Shown one piece after another: positions 9,445 through 19,373 of a DNA stretch of 64,000 nucleotides (its first letter is position 1; each line of letters begins with the position of its first letter). Source of the DNA: an uncultured Bacteroidota bacterium (GTDB taxonomy: Bacteria; Bacteroidota; Ignavibacteria; UBA10030; UBA8401); NCBI GenBank assembly GCA_963772165.1, contig CAVYWA010000014.1, positions 247,363-311,362 on the forward strand, written 5' to 3'. The notes beneath the pieces were generated by a model. It had not been told where the DNA came from and searched no databases. It saw only the letters and a program-made list of their open reading frames with translations. A program made the translations under genes and the position numbers.

Positions 9445-10255
9445 ATGAGTATGCAGTTGGAAATTCTTTCACCGGTCATCGTTTCGTTGTCGGCGCTGAT
9501 TCTGATTGTTCTTGAACGTGCATTCCCGTACACAGAAGGCCAGCCTCTCTTCCGCGAGGGATTTTGGACCGATCTCGGGATGTACACGATTTTTCAAAGC
9601 TATCTGTTGAGCTGGGTGATTTTCGGGTTCATTCACTGGCTGGACGGGCAGACCTCGGTTTCGCGGTGGCATATTATTTCCGGCTGGCCGGTGTGGATAC
9701 AGTTTCTGCTTTTTTTCATCACGCATGACCTGTATATCTACCTCTTCCATCGCTGGCAGCATCACAATAAATATCTGTACAGAATCCACGAGGCTCATCA
9801 TTCCGTCCGCGATGTCGACTGGCTGGCCGGCGCCCGTTCCCATTCACTTGAAATTCTTGTCAATCAAACCATCGAATTCTACCCCGATCATTCTTCTCGG
9901 TGCGGCCCCCGAAATCGTCCTGATAAAGGGGGTCGTTGATGCCGTGTGGGGAATGTACATCCATTCTAATATTGATGTCCGTTCCGGACCGTTGCAATAC
10001 GTGTTCAACGGCCCGGAAATGCATCGCTGGCATCACGCAAAAGGGAGGGGGAACGCCATCAACTACTCTACAAAGCTTGCAGTGTGGGATTGGATATTCG
10101 GAACGGCGTACCTTCCATCCGAAAAGAAGCCCGCCTCATTTGGACTCACCTATCCGCATTTTCCAAGAACATATTTCCCACAGCAGTGGTTTGCGTTTCG
10201 CTCTTTCCGGAAAACCAGTAACGACGCACGCGAGAGTGAAATAGCAATTCCATAA
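9445..10255 (+). pseudogene. Fatty acid hydroxylase / sterol desaturase family gene, frameshifted
   Basis: Two overlapping ORFs in different frames (9445-9939 and 9725-10255) carry consecutive His-box motifs: HRWQHH and HEAHH in frame 1, HRWHH in frame 2. The frame change maps to a CCCC run near 9882-9885. Confidence 0.55.
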
Positions 10256-10402
10256 TCATTTGATCTCATCCGGTTCACAGAGCAATAATATAAACATAAC
10301 AAGCCGGTCGTATATTTGCGCGCAGTAAGTGCGACGGAGCCGCTAAAGTCCACTTCGTGAATTCTCCTGCGACTGCCTTATTTCTCATTTGCAAACTATG
10401 AA

Positions 10403-13180
10403 ATGACAAAAATATTTTACGCCTTTCTTGCCATTTTTCTTTTCAGTTCAACGCAGGAAACGCTCGCAGGAACAATTAAGGGAAACGTAAGAGAACATAA
10501 GAGTAAAGCGGCAATTGTAGGCGCGGCTGTATTCATTGAGGGAACACGTTACGGGACTGTTAGCGACACGAGCGGGGATTACGTTCTTGAGAATCTCCCT
10601 CCTGGGGAGTACGAAGTAGTTGTCCATGCGCTCGGTTACGTAAGCGCGGATGAAGAGATTACGATAAAAGAAAAATCGGCCGTCATCGTCCAAAATTTTT
10701 CCTTGAAAGAAAAGCTGATTACGCTCAATGAATCAATTATTACGGCAAGAGCGAACAACGAACTGGAAACAACGGCAAGGGCGGTGGAAAAGAACGCGGC
10801 GAATCTGGTGAACGTTATTTCTGCTCAAGCGATCGACCAGTCTACCGACCGGACTGCTGCCGATGTCCTTCAGCGCGTTTCCGGTATGTCGCTCATACGG
10901 GATCAGGGGGAAGGACGCTACGTGGTGATGCGCGGCCTTGCCCAGCAATACAATAATACCCTCGTCGACGGCATCAAAATACCGAGCCCGGAGTCCAAGG
11001 ATCGTTTTGTTCCCATGGATATTTTCCCTTCGAGTTTGTTCGAGCGCATAGAAGTGACCAAATCCATGACGCCGGACATTGCGGGAGACGCCATCGGCGG
11101 TTCCACGGATCTTATGCTTCGCGAAGCACCGGATCGGTTTGTCTTTACGGCAAGCGCAGCCAGCGGGTCTACGTCCGGTGTTTTAGGCAGTGCCTTCAGC
11201 TCGTTCGATAGAAATGCAGTCCCCGATCTTGACCCGGAACGCCTTCATGGGACAGTCAGCGATGCCGATCCAACAACGCAGATTAAACCCCGGTATAATC
11301 CTTCGAGCAGCGACTTTACAACGGCTAATTTAATTTTCACAAATAAGACAGCGCCCCCCGACGGGCTCTTTTCAGCATTGCTTGGTGATCGCTTCTTTGA
11401 CAACAAGGTTGGTCTTATGGCTGCCGGCAGTTTTCAGAATACCTACAATGAAGTCCACACGGATATTTATTCTCTCGGTTCCGATATCAATACTGTCGAC
11501 AGCGAGGGACACCTTATCCCCTATGCATCCATCTACAACAATCAAAACTATTTTATCAACAAGACACGCGGCGGAGCAGTGGCAAAGGGGGATTTTATTG
11601 CCGATGAAGGGCAGGAACTCTCTGCAACGTATTTGTACGTCCGCCAGGAAGAAGCTCAAACACGTCACGCTCTGCAGATTGAAATTGACGGGTCGCGCGG
11701 CGGCAACGATCTGACGTATACAAACCGTTCAGCATTGCGCATCCAGGACATCTCGAGCATCTCGCTGGCCGGAAGCCACTTTACCAACACTCCTCTGTCA
11801 TTGAATTGGACGCTTAATTACACAGATGCCCTGCAAGACCGCCCGGACGAAGCGGAATACTCGGTACTTCAAAATTATAATGCGAACGGAAAACTTGAAC
11901 CATTCCAGGGGCTCGGCGATATCACTCATGATTGGAGAAAGAATGATGACCATCAGAATCTCGGAAAACTTGATGCCACATGGCACGTGACCCAGGACGG
12001 AATGAATACGGTTCAAGCAGGTGTAGTGGCACAAAAGCTGAGCCGGGCCAATTACGAAGACGATTATCAGTTGAATCCGTCGATCATTAACGGAAGCACT
12101 CAGCCCTTTACTTCAATTGACAGCGCGAAGGTCACTGTCTTTGGATACGGGAGTACTTCAGGAACAACGGTCTACGGTTATCAAAACTACAAGGCAAGCG
12201 AACTCCTTCTTGCATCATATTTACAGTACACGCTCATTTTTGAAAGACTGCAAATTCTGAGCGGTGTGAGATGGGAAGAAGCAAATGACAAATATTTTAC
12301 AAGTGCGTCAGGCTCTTTCGCCGAACAGCAGTCGAATGTGAAGATGGTCAATTTTCTTCCGGGGATTCATTTTCGCTATGAGTTCACCCCCGATCAGATA
12401 GGGCGCCTCTCGATCGCGCAGACGCTAAGCCGTCCGAGCTATTTTGACCTTGTTCCAGCTGTCGACCGTGCGGACGAAAGCGAGTCGCAGGGGAATCCGA
12501 ATCTTCGCCCCGCCCGTGCAACGAACATCGACCTTCGCTACGAGTATTATCCCGATGCGTCCGATGCATTTTCCGCGGGGGTCTATTATAAGAAAATCAT
12601 CGATCCGATTGAAGATCAATTTCAATCAGTCGGTGTCCTTGTAGTAACGACAAAAGGGAATGGAGATCCTGCGACGGTCTATGGGTTTGAAAGCGTAATT
12701 TCAAAACATTTCGGCGGGCTGGGCATTTCTGCAAATTACAGCTACGTCTTTTCTCAAATTACCAGTACAAAACAAGTTTCAACAGAGGATGTTTATGGGG
12801 ACCTAATACAATCATACTATCAGCAGAAGAGGCCGCTTCAATCCCAATCCCCTCAAATTATCAACGCCGCACTTTCATATGCCAGCGAAGCCTGGGGCAC
12901 GTTCGGAAATCTCTCCTATAACTATACTGGGAGGAGCCTTCTCGCTGTCAGCAGGCTGGATGGCTATGACACCTATCAGGATGGCGTCGGCGAGCTAGAT
13001 TTCTCCGCCGACCAGCAATTGTTCTCCAATCTGAAGCTGAGCGTGAAGCTGATCAATCTTACAAATTCGAAAGCAGTGACCGAAGTTGCATCGGGCCAAT
13101 ATATTCAGCACGCTCCGATTGTTATCGAGAGGGATTTAAACAAAATGCGAGGGACCATAGGAATTAGCTATAGACTTTAA
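10403..13180 (+). CDS. TonB-dependent outer-membrane receptor with N-terminal carboxypeptidase-regulatory-like domain
   Basis: The 925 aa ORF has a signal peptide and a CarbopepD_reg-like segment (GTIKGNV..GAAVFIEGT..). Plug and barrel regions follow, and the protein ends in an aromatic residue. Confidence 0.85.
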   Translation: MTKIFYAFLAIFLFSSTQETLAGTIKGNVREHKSKAAIVGAAVFIEGTRYGTVSDTSGDYVLENLPPGEYEVVVHALGYVSADEEITIKEKSAVIVQNFSLKEKLITLNESIITARANNELETTARAVEKNAANLVNVISAQAIDQSTDRTAADVLQRVSGMSLIRDQGEGRYVVMRGLAQQYNNTLVDGIKIPSPESKDRFVPMDIFPSSLFERIEVTKSMTPDIAGDAIGGSTDLMLREAPDRFVFTASAASGSTSGVLGSAFSSFDRNAVPDLDPERLHGTVSDADPTTQIKPRYNPSSSDFTTANLIFTNKTAPPDGLFSALLGDRFFDNKVGLMAAGSFQNTYNEVHTDIYSLGSDINTVDSEGHLIPYASIYNNQNYFINKTRGGAVAKGDFIADEGQELSATYLYVRQEEAQTRHALQIEIDGSRGGNDLTYTNRSALRIQDISSISLAGSHFTNTPLSLNWTLNYTDALQDRPDEAEYSVLQNYNANGKLEPFQGLGDITHDWRKNDDHQNLGKLDATWHVTQDGMNTVQAGVVAQKLSRANYEDDYQLNPSIINGSTQPFTSIDSAKVTVFGYGSTSGTTVYGYQNYKASELLLASYLQYTLIFERLQILSGVRWEEANDKYFTSASGSFAEQQSNVKMVNFLPGIHFRYEFTPDQIGRLSIAQTLSRPSYFDLVPAVDRADESESQGNPNLRPARATNIDLRYEYYPDASDAFSAGVYYKKIIDPIEDQFQSVGVLVVTTKGNGDPATVYGFESVISKHFGGLGISANYSYVFSQITSTKQVSTEDVYGDLIQSYYQQKRPLQSQSPQIINAALSYASEAWGTFGNLSYNYTGRSLLAVSRLDGYDTYQDGVGELDFSADQQLFSNLKLSVKLINLTNSKAVTEVASGQYIQHAPIVIERDLNKMRGTIGISYRL

Positions 13181-13240
13181 ATTGAAAAAAATAAAACAGT
13201 AAATCATACAAACCATCACAACACCAATAAGGAGAAAAAT

Positions 13241-14695
13241 ATGTTCAAGAAACTTACTGCGATGCTGCTTATTGTGATTGGAGCCTTTTCGTTTGCAGAG
13301 GCACAATTGCATTCAATTTTGTCGGGATCTGTTAAGGGGACGACGCTTCCGAATCATACTTACGTTATCGCCGACAGTATAGCGATAAATGCGGGGGACA
13401 CGTTGACGGTGAGTGCGGGAGATACATTGATCATGGCAAACCCGTTGGGATGGATTCATGTTTTGGGGACATTGATCTGCGACGGGACGAAGGCGAGTCC
13501 GAACCTGATCACGGTTCCGGTGGCGCATAGGACAGGTCCCGGGCAGTGGGGCGGGATCTATGGTGATTCGTGTAAATACTTTGAGATGAAGTGGACGACG
13601 ATTCTTTGGGCAGGCGGGAGTAACACCCAAGGTCATGCCTATCGAACGATCGATATCTATTCCGATTACGCAAACACGACGACGACGGTCTTTACGGACA
13701 ATACCGTCATCGGGACTGTCGACGATTGTATCGGTCTGCACGGTGGGAATGCGAGTATCCTACGCAATACGATCAAGTGGTGCGGTGCACCGGACGGCGA
13801 CAACATCAACGTAAAGTCCGGGACGATCGGTGAGATCGCCTATAATGTGATCTGGGGTTCGGGCGGAAACGGTGTTAAGCTCAACGCCGATGTGACCTTG
13901 CCGCGGCTGACCAATATGTGCGTTCATAACAACACGATCGTTGCAGGGGGATGGCGGCGGGTTGGTGAACTGGGCTATGCGATCCTCGTGGATAAGAGTG
14001 CCCGTGCGCAGATCTACAACAACATCATGGGGGATATGTATCAGGAACTCGAGATCACAACGAAAGCGGACACCGTGCGAACCGTTTACGACAACAATCT
14101 TTTCTTTTATTCTGTCGACAGTTTAGGAGGAACGGCGCGGTATTTTCCTTCGGACGGTGTGACCAGACAAGCTCCGCACGATATTATCGATGTCCAGGCG
14201 AGCGCTCTCTTTGCCAGCTATAACCCATACTTTACCACTGATTGGTTCGGTCTTGACGGAAGCAACGATTATCATCCGCTTGCTTCGTCGCAGGCCATAG
14301 GTCATGGATTTACGCCGCCGGCAGCATGGGTCAATCCTTACTTTACCGGGAATCTCCCCGGCGACCAGAACATGGGTGCCCTCGGCGTCTACGTGACAAC
14401 GAAGGTAAAGGCTCAAAATAACGCGGTTCCAGCAAACTTCGCATTGAATCAGAATTATCCGAACCCTTTCAACCCTTCGACGGTTATTAGTTATCAGGTG
14501 CCGACCGACAGCCGCGCAACTCTCAAAGTCTATGATATCTTGGGAAGGGAAGTGGCAACGCTCTTCGATGGTTACCAAACTGCCGGAGTGCATCAAGCTC
14601 AGTTTAACGCACAGAATCTTTCCAGCGGCGTCTACTTTTATCGCCTGAGCGCGCCGGGCCAGGACTTTGTTAAGAAAATGCTTCTACTGAAATAA
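13241..14695 (+). CDS. Secreted right-handed beta-helix protein with T9SS C-terminal sorting domain
   Basis: The ORF has a signal peptide and Gly/Asn-rich repeat turns. Its C-terminus reads ..NYPNPFNPSTVISYQVP..LKVYDILGREVATLFDG..SGVYFYRL, a Por_Secre_tail-type sequence. Confidence 0.7.
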   Translation: MFKKLTAMLLIVIGAFSFAEAQLHSILSGSVKGTTLPNHTYVIADSIAINAGDTLTVSAGDTLIMANPLGWIHVLGTLICDGTKASPNLITVPVAHRTGPGQWGGIYGDSCKYFEMKWTTILWAGGSNTQGHAYRTIDIYSDYANTTTTVFTDNTVIGTVDDCIGLHGGNASILRNTIKWCGAPDGDNINVKSGTIGEIAYNVIWGSGGNGVKLNADVTLPRLTNMCVHNNTIVAGGWRRVGELGYAILVDKSARAQIYNNIMGDMYQELEITTKADTVRTVYDNNLFFYSVDSLGGTARYFPSDGVTRQAPHDIIDVQASALFASYNPYFTTDWFGLDGSNDYHPLASSQAIGHGFTPPAAWVNPYFTGNLPGDQNMGALGVYVTTKVKAQNNAVPANFALNQNYPNPFNPSTVISYQVPTDSRATLKVYDILGREVATLFDGYQTAGVHQAQFNAQNLSSGVYFYRLSAPGQDFVKKMLLLK

Positions 14696-14724
14696 TTTGT
14701 TTGAGTGACAGTTCGGATCATTAC

Positions 14725-14763
14725 TCGATGCGACCCTTCATGGGGTTGCATCGAGGATTTATT
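14725..14763 (+). terminator. Rho-independent terminator candidate downstream of the T9SS-cargo gene
   Basis: A 12-bp stem (ctcgatgcgacc / ggttgcatcgag, one G-U position) with an 8-nt loop is followed by gatttatta. Confidence 0.45.
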
Positions 14764-14786
14764 AATCATATGGAGATTGCTTTCCT

Positions 14787-15713
14787 GTGAGATCAAAGAT
14801 TTTTTCTTTTCTCGTCATTATCTTCGCAGCTTTTGGCATTGCAGCTTCGTCGGCCGTAGAGCAGGGGATCGATTCCTCTTCGGCTCGTTTTCTGATCATT
14901 GGCGATTGGGGAGGGTTTGCTTCGCAAAATCAGAAAGCGGTTGCGGCAGCAATGGCAAACGAAGCGGAAAAGAACAAAATTCAATTTGTCGTTACCGTTG
15001 GAGATAATTATCACGGCGATGGAATCGCCAGCGCAACCGATCCGCGGTGGAAGACGGAATTCGAGGATATTTACATCGACACGTCACTTCAGGTGCCGTG
15101 GTATCCGACGTTTGGCAACCACGACTACCGCGGCAGTGCGGATGCGGAACTTGCATACTCACACTATTCGAAACGCTGGAAATTTTATTCACGCTACTAT
15201 GCACAGGAAGCAAGGATCGACGATTCGACAAAGATACTGATCGTTCACCTGGATACGCCTCCCTTCGTCAAAGAATACCAACAACAGGATGAGCAATACC
15301 ATGTGAAGGGCCAGGATGTCGCTGGGCAAACACGCTGGCTCGATTCACTCCTGTCCGCATCAAACGACCGATGGGTGATGGTCGTCGGGCATCATCCAAT
15401 TTACTCGGCGGCGCCAAAGCATGGGGATACGCCCGAATTGATATCGGACGTATTGCCGGTGCTCAAACGTCATCATGTTCCTGTGTATATTTGCGGGCAC
15501 GATCATGTGATGCAGCACCTTTCGCATGGTGACATGGATTTCTTTGTCTGCGGCGGTGGAGCAGAACATCGGGATGTGAACGAGCGCAGCGATGTTGTAT
15601 TCGGGAAAGGTTCTCTCGGCTTTCTGTCGATTGCGGCGTACCATGATTCGCTAGTGTTTAGAATGATCGATGAAAAGAACGTTCTCCTCCATCAGTCGAC
15701 GATAAAAAAATAG
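14787..15713 (+). CDS. Purple acid phosphatase-like metallophosphoesterase (ACP5-type), secreted
   Basis: The ORF has a signal peptide and the motifs GDWGG, GDNYH, GNHDY, GHHP and GHDH. Confidence 0.8.
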   Translation: MRSKIFSFLVIIFAAFGIAASSAVEQGIDSSSARFLIIGDWGGFASQNQKAVAAAMANEAEKNKIQFVVTVGDNYHGDGIASATDPRWKTEFEDIYIDTSLQVPWYPTFGNHDYRGSADAELAYSHYSKRWKFYSRYYAQEARIDDSTKILIVHLDTPPFVKEYQQQDEQYHVKGQDVAGQTRWLDSLLSASNDRWVMVVGHHPIYSAAPKHGDTPELISDVLPVLKRHHVPVYICGHDHVMQHLSHGDMDFFVCGGGAEHRDVNERSDVVFGKGSLGFLSIAAYHDSLVFRMIDEKNVLLHQSTIKK

Positions 15714-15993
15714 CAGCTGCTTATTACAGCGACGCTCCCGAATTCACGATGCCGAATTAATTCTACTAGAAGCTATCTCAAAAATGGTTTCGATGTAGAA
15801 TGCATTTGTAAATGTCATGCTGAGCGTAGCGAAGCATCCACGACACTGAAGCCTCGTAGATTCACGATGCATAATTGTCATGGATTCTTCTCCCGCTCGA
15901 AGAGTCGTCGCTTTCCGGCGACCAGAAAACGGCGGGATCAGAATGACATTGTTGGGGGTTTTTGAGATGGCTTCTAATTATACCGGAGCAACC

Positions 15994-16914
15994 ATGAGAT
16001 GGAAGATCCAGCGTAGGGCTTTTGTAGCATTCGCATTTTTTCTGCTTACTTGCGTCTTATTTCACTCAGCGCTTTTTGCACAGCAGAAGGTCAAGATAGC
16101 GCTCTGGGGTGACTCACGTGAAAACATGGATAATGCCTGCTCGGATATTGCCCATATCCTGCTCTATAATATTACCGATTGGGATTTCCAAATCCACTGC
16201 GGAGATTTCACTCACGACGGAACCGATGCTGCATGGCAGACGTCTCTTCATTACCCGGGAATTGATAGTATCTTTGTCCGTGGGAAATTTTATATGTGTA
16301 CGAGCAATCATGAATTCAAGGATAGTTCGGGGAAGATGAATTTCGACAAATACACAGCCGGCGTGCTTCCGACGAATTCTGCAGACGGATCGACGCATTT
16401 CTACTCGTATCATGTTTCGAATGTCAATGTCATTTTTTGCGACGGCTATGCAACGCAAAAAGACGTCATGCAGCATTGGCTCGATAGCCTCCTCTCCACG
16501 ATCCCGAAGAATGATTGGATTATTGGCGTTTGGCATAATCCGACCTATGGCGACTTATCGTATAAAGAAAGCTATGCTGAAACCTGTATGCCCTGGGTAG
16601 AGAGCCTGTACAAACACCACTGCAAATTAATCTTCAACGGACATGCACATATTTATCTCAGGACAAAACCGTTGCGGCCGGATGGGACGGTAGATGAACA
16701 AGATGGAATTGTTCATGTCATCAATGGAACCGGCGGGGCGAGCTTCAAAGACCCCGCACCGACCACCACGAAGACTGCGTTTACTCCTTCTGAAAAGTCA
16801 TTTCCATGTATTACCTTCCTTACGATTGAAGGAAATAAGGCAGAGTTGAAAACCGTCGATGCGCGTCCGGGACATAATCTTCAGGCCATCGATACGTACG
16901 AGCTGACACGATAA
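15994..16914 (+). CDS. Calcineurin-like metallophosphoesterase, secreted
   Basis: The ATG at 15994 precedes a signal peptide (MRWKIQRRAFVAFAFFLL..), with GD...GDF, NHEF and GHAHIY motifs. The ORF-track start at 15880 is probably too far upstream. Confidence 0.7.
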   Translation: MRWKIQRRAFVAFAFFLLTCVLFHSALFAQQKVKIALWGDSRENMDNACSDIAHILLYNITDWDFQIHCGDFTHDGTDAAWQTSLHYPGIDSIFVRGKFYMCTSNHEFKDSSGKMNFDKYTAGVLPTNSADGSTHFYSYHVSNVNVIFCDGYATQKDVMQHWLDSLLSTIPKNDWIIGVWHNPTYGDLSYKESYAETCMPWVESLYKHHCKLIFNGHAHIYLRTKPLRPDGTVDEQDGIVHVINGTGGASFKDPAPTTTKTAFTPSEKSFPCITFLTIEGNKAELKTVDARPGHNLQAIDTYELTR

Positions 16915-16923
16915 GGAATTATC

Positions 16924-17928
16924 ATGAATCGCATTTCTAAAAAAGTCTTCATTATCTTTTTGATCTCCTGCGCCGCAGTCCAATTTATTTCTGCTCAAAC
17001 GCCGCTTCCGACCGTGCTTGACACGATAGCCGTTGGCGGGACGGGGGGGATGGATTACATCACGTGCGATACAACATCTCACAGGCTGTATATTTCTCAC
17101 AGTACCCGCGTCGAGGTTGTTCAATACGACACGAAAATTCATGTGGGGACGATTGGAAACACATCGGGCGTTCATGGAATTGCCCTTGCCCATGAATTCA
17201 ACAGAGGCTTCACAAGTAACGGCAAGGATAATAGCGTTACAGTTTTTGACCTCTCGACGCTGGCAATTATCGGAAGCATCGATGTTCAAGGGACCAAACC
17301 CGACGGTATTCTTTATGAGCCGGTAACGAAGCGTGTCTTTACGTTCAACGGCGGGAGCGAGAACTGCACAGCCATCGATGTTGTAACGATGAAAGTCGTC
17401 GGCATTCTTCCGCTTGGCGGCGGTCCGGAAGCTCCAGTGGCAGACGGCAAAGGCGATATCTATGTAAACATCGAGAACACGAGCGAAGTCGTCCGGTTCG
17501 ACGCCGCAACACTCACCATTCGATCGCGATGGCCTCTCGCCCCGGCAAAGACGCCGACGGGTATTTCGATGGACCGGGCAAACCGCGTTCTTTTTATCGG
17601 CGGACGGAATCAGGTATTTGTTGCGTGCAACGCGGATGATGGGAAAATTCTTGCGAGCATGCCGATCGGCCAGGGAGTCGACGGAACCGCTTTCGATTCA
17701 GCAACTGGATTGATCTATGTTTCCAACAAGGACGGAAGCCTCGATCTGATTCGTGAAGAGGGACCGTCGGCATTCACCGGCGTTGGAAAAATTCAAACTT
17801 CACCCGGAGCAAAGACGCTTGCTCTCGATCCGGAATTACACCGTGTGTATATTCCGGCAGCCCGACAGGAGGATGCAATGCAGGGTATGAAAGGGGAAAT
17901 GATGGTCCTTGTTGTCGGAGTTCGATAA
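16924..17928 (+). CDS. YVTN-family beta-propeller repeat protein, secreted
   Basis: The ORF has a signal peptide and repeated ~40-residue YVTN-like units (..RLYISH..VVQYDT.., ..TVFDL..). Confidence 0.55.
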   Translation: MNRISKKVFIIFLISCAAVQFISAQTPLPTVLDTIAVGGTGGMDYITCDTTSHRLYISHSTRVEVVQYDTKIHVGTIGNTSGVHGIALAHEFNRGFTSNGKDNSVTVFDLSTLAIIGSIDVQGTKPDGILYEPVTKRVFTFNGGSENCTAIDVVTMKVVGILPLGGGPEAPVADGKGDIYVNIENTSEVVRFDAATLTIRSRWPLAPAKTPTGISMDRANRVLFIGGRNQVFVACNADDGKILASMPIGQGVDGTAFDSATGLIYVSNKDGSLDLIREEGPSAFTGVGKIQTSPGAKTLALDPELHRVYIPAARQEDAMQGMKGEMMVLVVGVR

Positions 17929-18124
17929 GGGCGGCGTCGAGGCGGCCTTGTCCTTCCATTATCATGGGGCTTTTCATGGGGGAAAAAACGTAGTATGCTT
18001 CAATTGAATAGAGGACAGAAAGCGTAGAAACCGTTGAAGGGCGCTGAATTGACAACAGACCAAATATTTTCTATTTTCATGATCGTACCTACTACGATTT
18101 CAAAATCATTCTGGAAGAGTTTGA

Positions 18125-18955
18125 GTGGAATTAACTTTGAAAGGAACTACCGTCGCCCGATTTTTGAGGACACTTCAAAAAGCAGTTAAAAAAAATACTA
18201 TCGCGGTTTCATCACTGCATTTTCTGTATCGTTTTTCTCTTTTCTTCCTCGTTGTTTTCATCATAGCTTCCCCCGCATACGGACAGGGCGGTCCGCCAAT
18301 GATTACCGATGATCCCTTTACACCCGAAAATGGGCACTGGGAAAACAATTTTGCAATTCAATTTACCGGAACATCGTTATCGAAAGAAATTGATATCCCA
18401 CAAGCTGATATCAACTACGGCTATGGCGATCATATCCAATTAAAAATCCAAATGCCGGTTATGGAGTATTTCCACAATGGCAGCGGTTCTCTCATTGGCA
18501 CTGGAGATGTCATGATAGGCATGAAAGCTAGATTTTTGGATGAAGAGCAGAGCGGTATAGCCGTATCAACATATCCGCAATTTGAATTTAACAATTCTTC
18601 AATTACCGGAGGAGGCGAATCTCCGCAATTTTTCCTTCCCCTTGAGGCAGCAAAAACATTTGGACGATTTCATTATGATGCCGAGGTTGGCTACTCTTTC
18701 TTTGCATCGGGACCGGATGGTCTCGCATTTGGCATCGTGACGGGGTTCGATCAGTCGGAGCAGTGTCAGTTTCTTGCGGAGCTTCACGGCGATAATCAAT
18801 TCCATGTTGGACTCAACGATATTATTTTAAATTTGGGTTTAACATACGAGATTAGTACGGCCCTTAGTTTCCTTGGCTCTGCGGGAACTAGTATATATTC
18901 GTTGGAGCCGGGCAGAACGTATATCGCCTACCTTGGAATCCGCTGGATGCTATAG
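18125..18955 (+). CDS. Outer-membrane beta-barrel protein (MetA-pathway/phenol-degradation-like OMP family); the true start may be in-frame TTG 18164
   Basis: A signal peptide ends ..ASPAYGQ and is followed by ..ITDDPFTPE.. and alternating amphipathic strands. The C-terminal residues are aromatic-rich. The listed GTG start is 27 codons upstream of the signal peptide. Confidence 0.4.
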   Translation: MELTLKGTTVARFLRTLQKAVKKNTIAVSSLHFLYRFSLFFLVVFIIASPAYGQGGPPMITDDPFTPENGHWENNFAIQFTGTSLSKEIDIPQADINYGYGDHIQLKIQMPVMEYFHNGSGSLIGTGDVMIGMKARFLDEEQSGIAVSTYPQFEFNNSSITGGGESPQFFLPLEAAKTFGRFHYDAEVGYSFFASGPDGLAFGIVTGFDQSEQCQFLAELHGDNQFHVGLNDIILNLGLTYEISTALSFLGSAGTSIYSLEPGRTYIAYLGIRWML

Positions 18956-19187
18956 TATTTTCTCCCATGATGAACGGCAACTCTTGCTGATTCGCTCGCG
19001 TTGGTAAAGAATTACGGCAGAAGATTTCGTCGCATTTGAACCTTCTTCCGCAGACTGACAGCCTAGCCAAAATAGATCCCGCCGTTTTTGAGTTTTTCCA
19101 TTTGCAATCCAAGGACGATTTAGGTATATTATCTTTTGTCAAATATACTTACCGCCTCTAAATAACTGGCGAAATTTGACTAAATAT

Positions 19188-19242
19188 AGAGAGATTTCAC
19201 ACGGGGTCGTAGCTCAGTTTGGTTAGAGCGCCTGCCTGTCAC
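19188..19242 (+). repeat. attL-like 55-bp direct repeat: 15 bp upstream plus the first 40 nt of tRNA-Asp
   Basis: Identical to 50356-50410 (agagagatttcacacggggtcgtagctcagtttggttagagcgcctgcctgtcac). The sequence diverges immediately afterwards. Confidence 0.85.
19203..19242 (+). pseudogene. 5' fragment of tRNA-Asp(GTC), a displaced partial copy
   Basis: It matches tRNA positions 1-40 of the intact copy at 50371. It ends in the anticodon loop and has no 3' half. Confidence 0.8.
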
Positions 19243-19373
19243 TCGACGGGTTTGGTAATCAAAAACATCGAATCTAACTCCCGTTCGATACTTTCAGTTT
19301 CGCCACCTAACAAATCACCTAACACTTTTTCCCCTGCAAGCATCCCTCAACGCAAACCCGCGAGGAGGGAATC

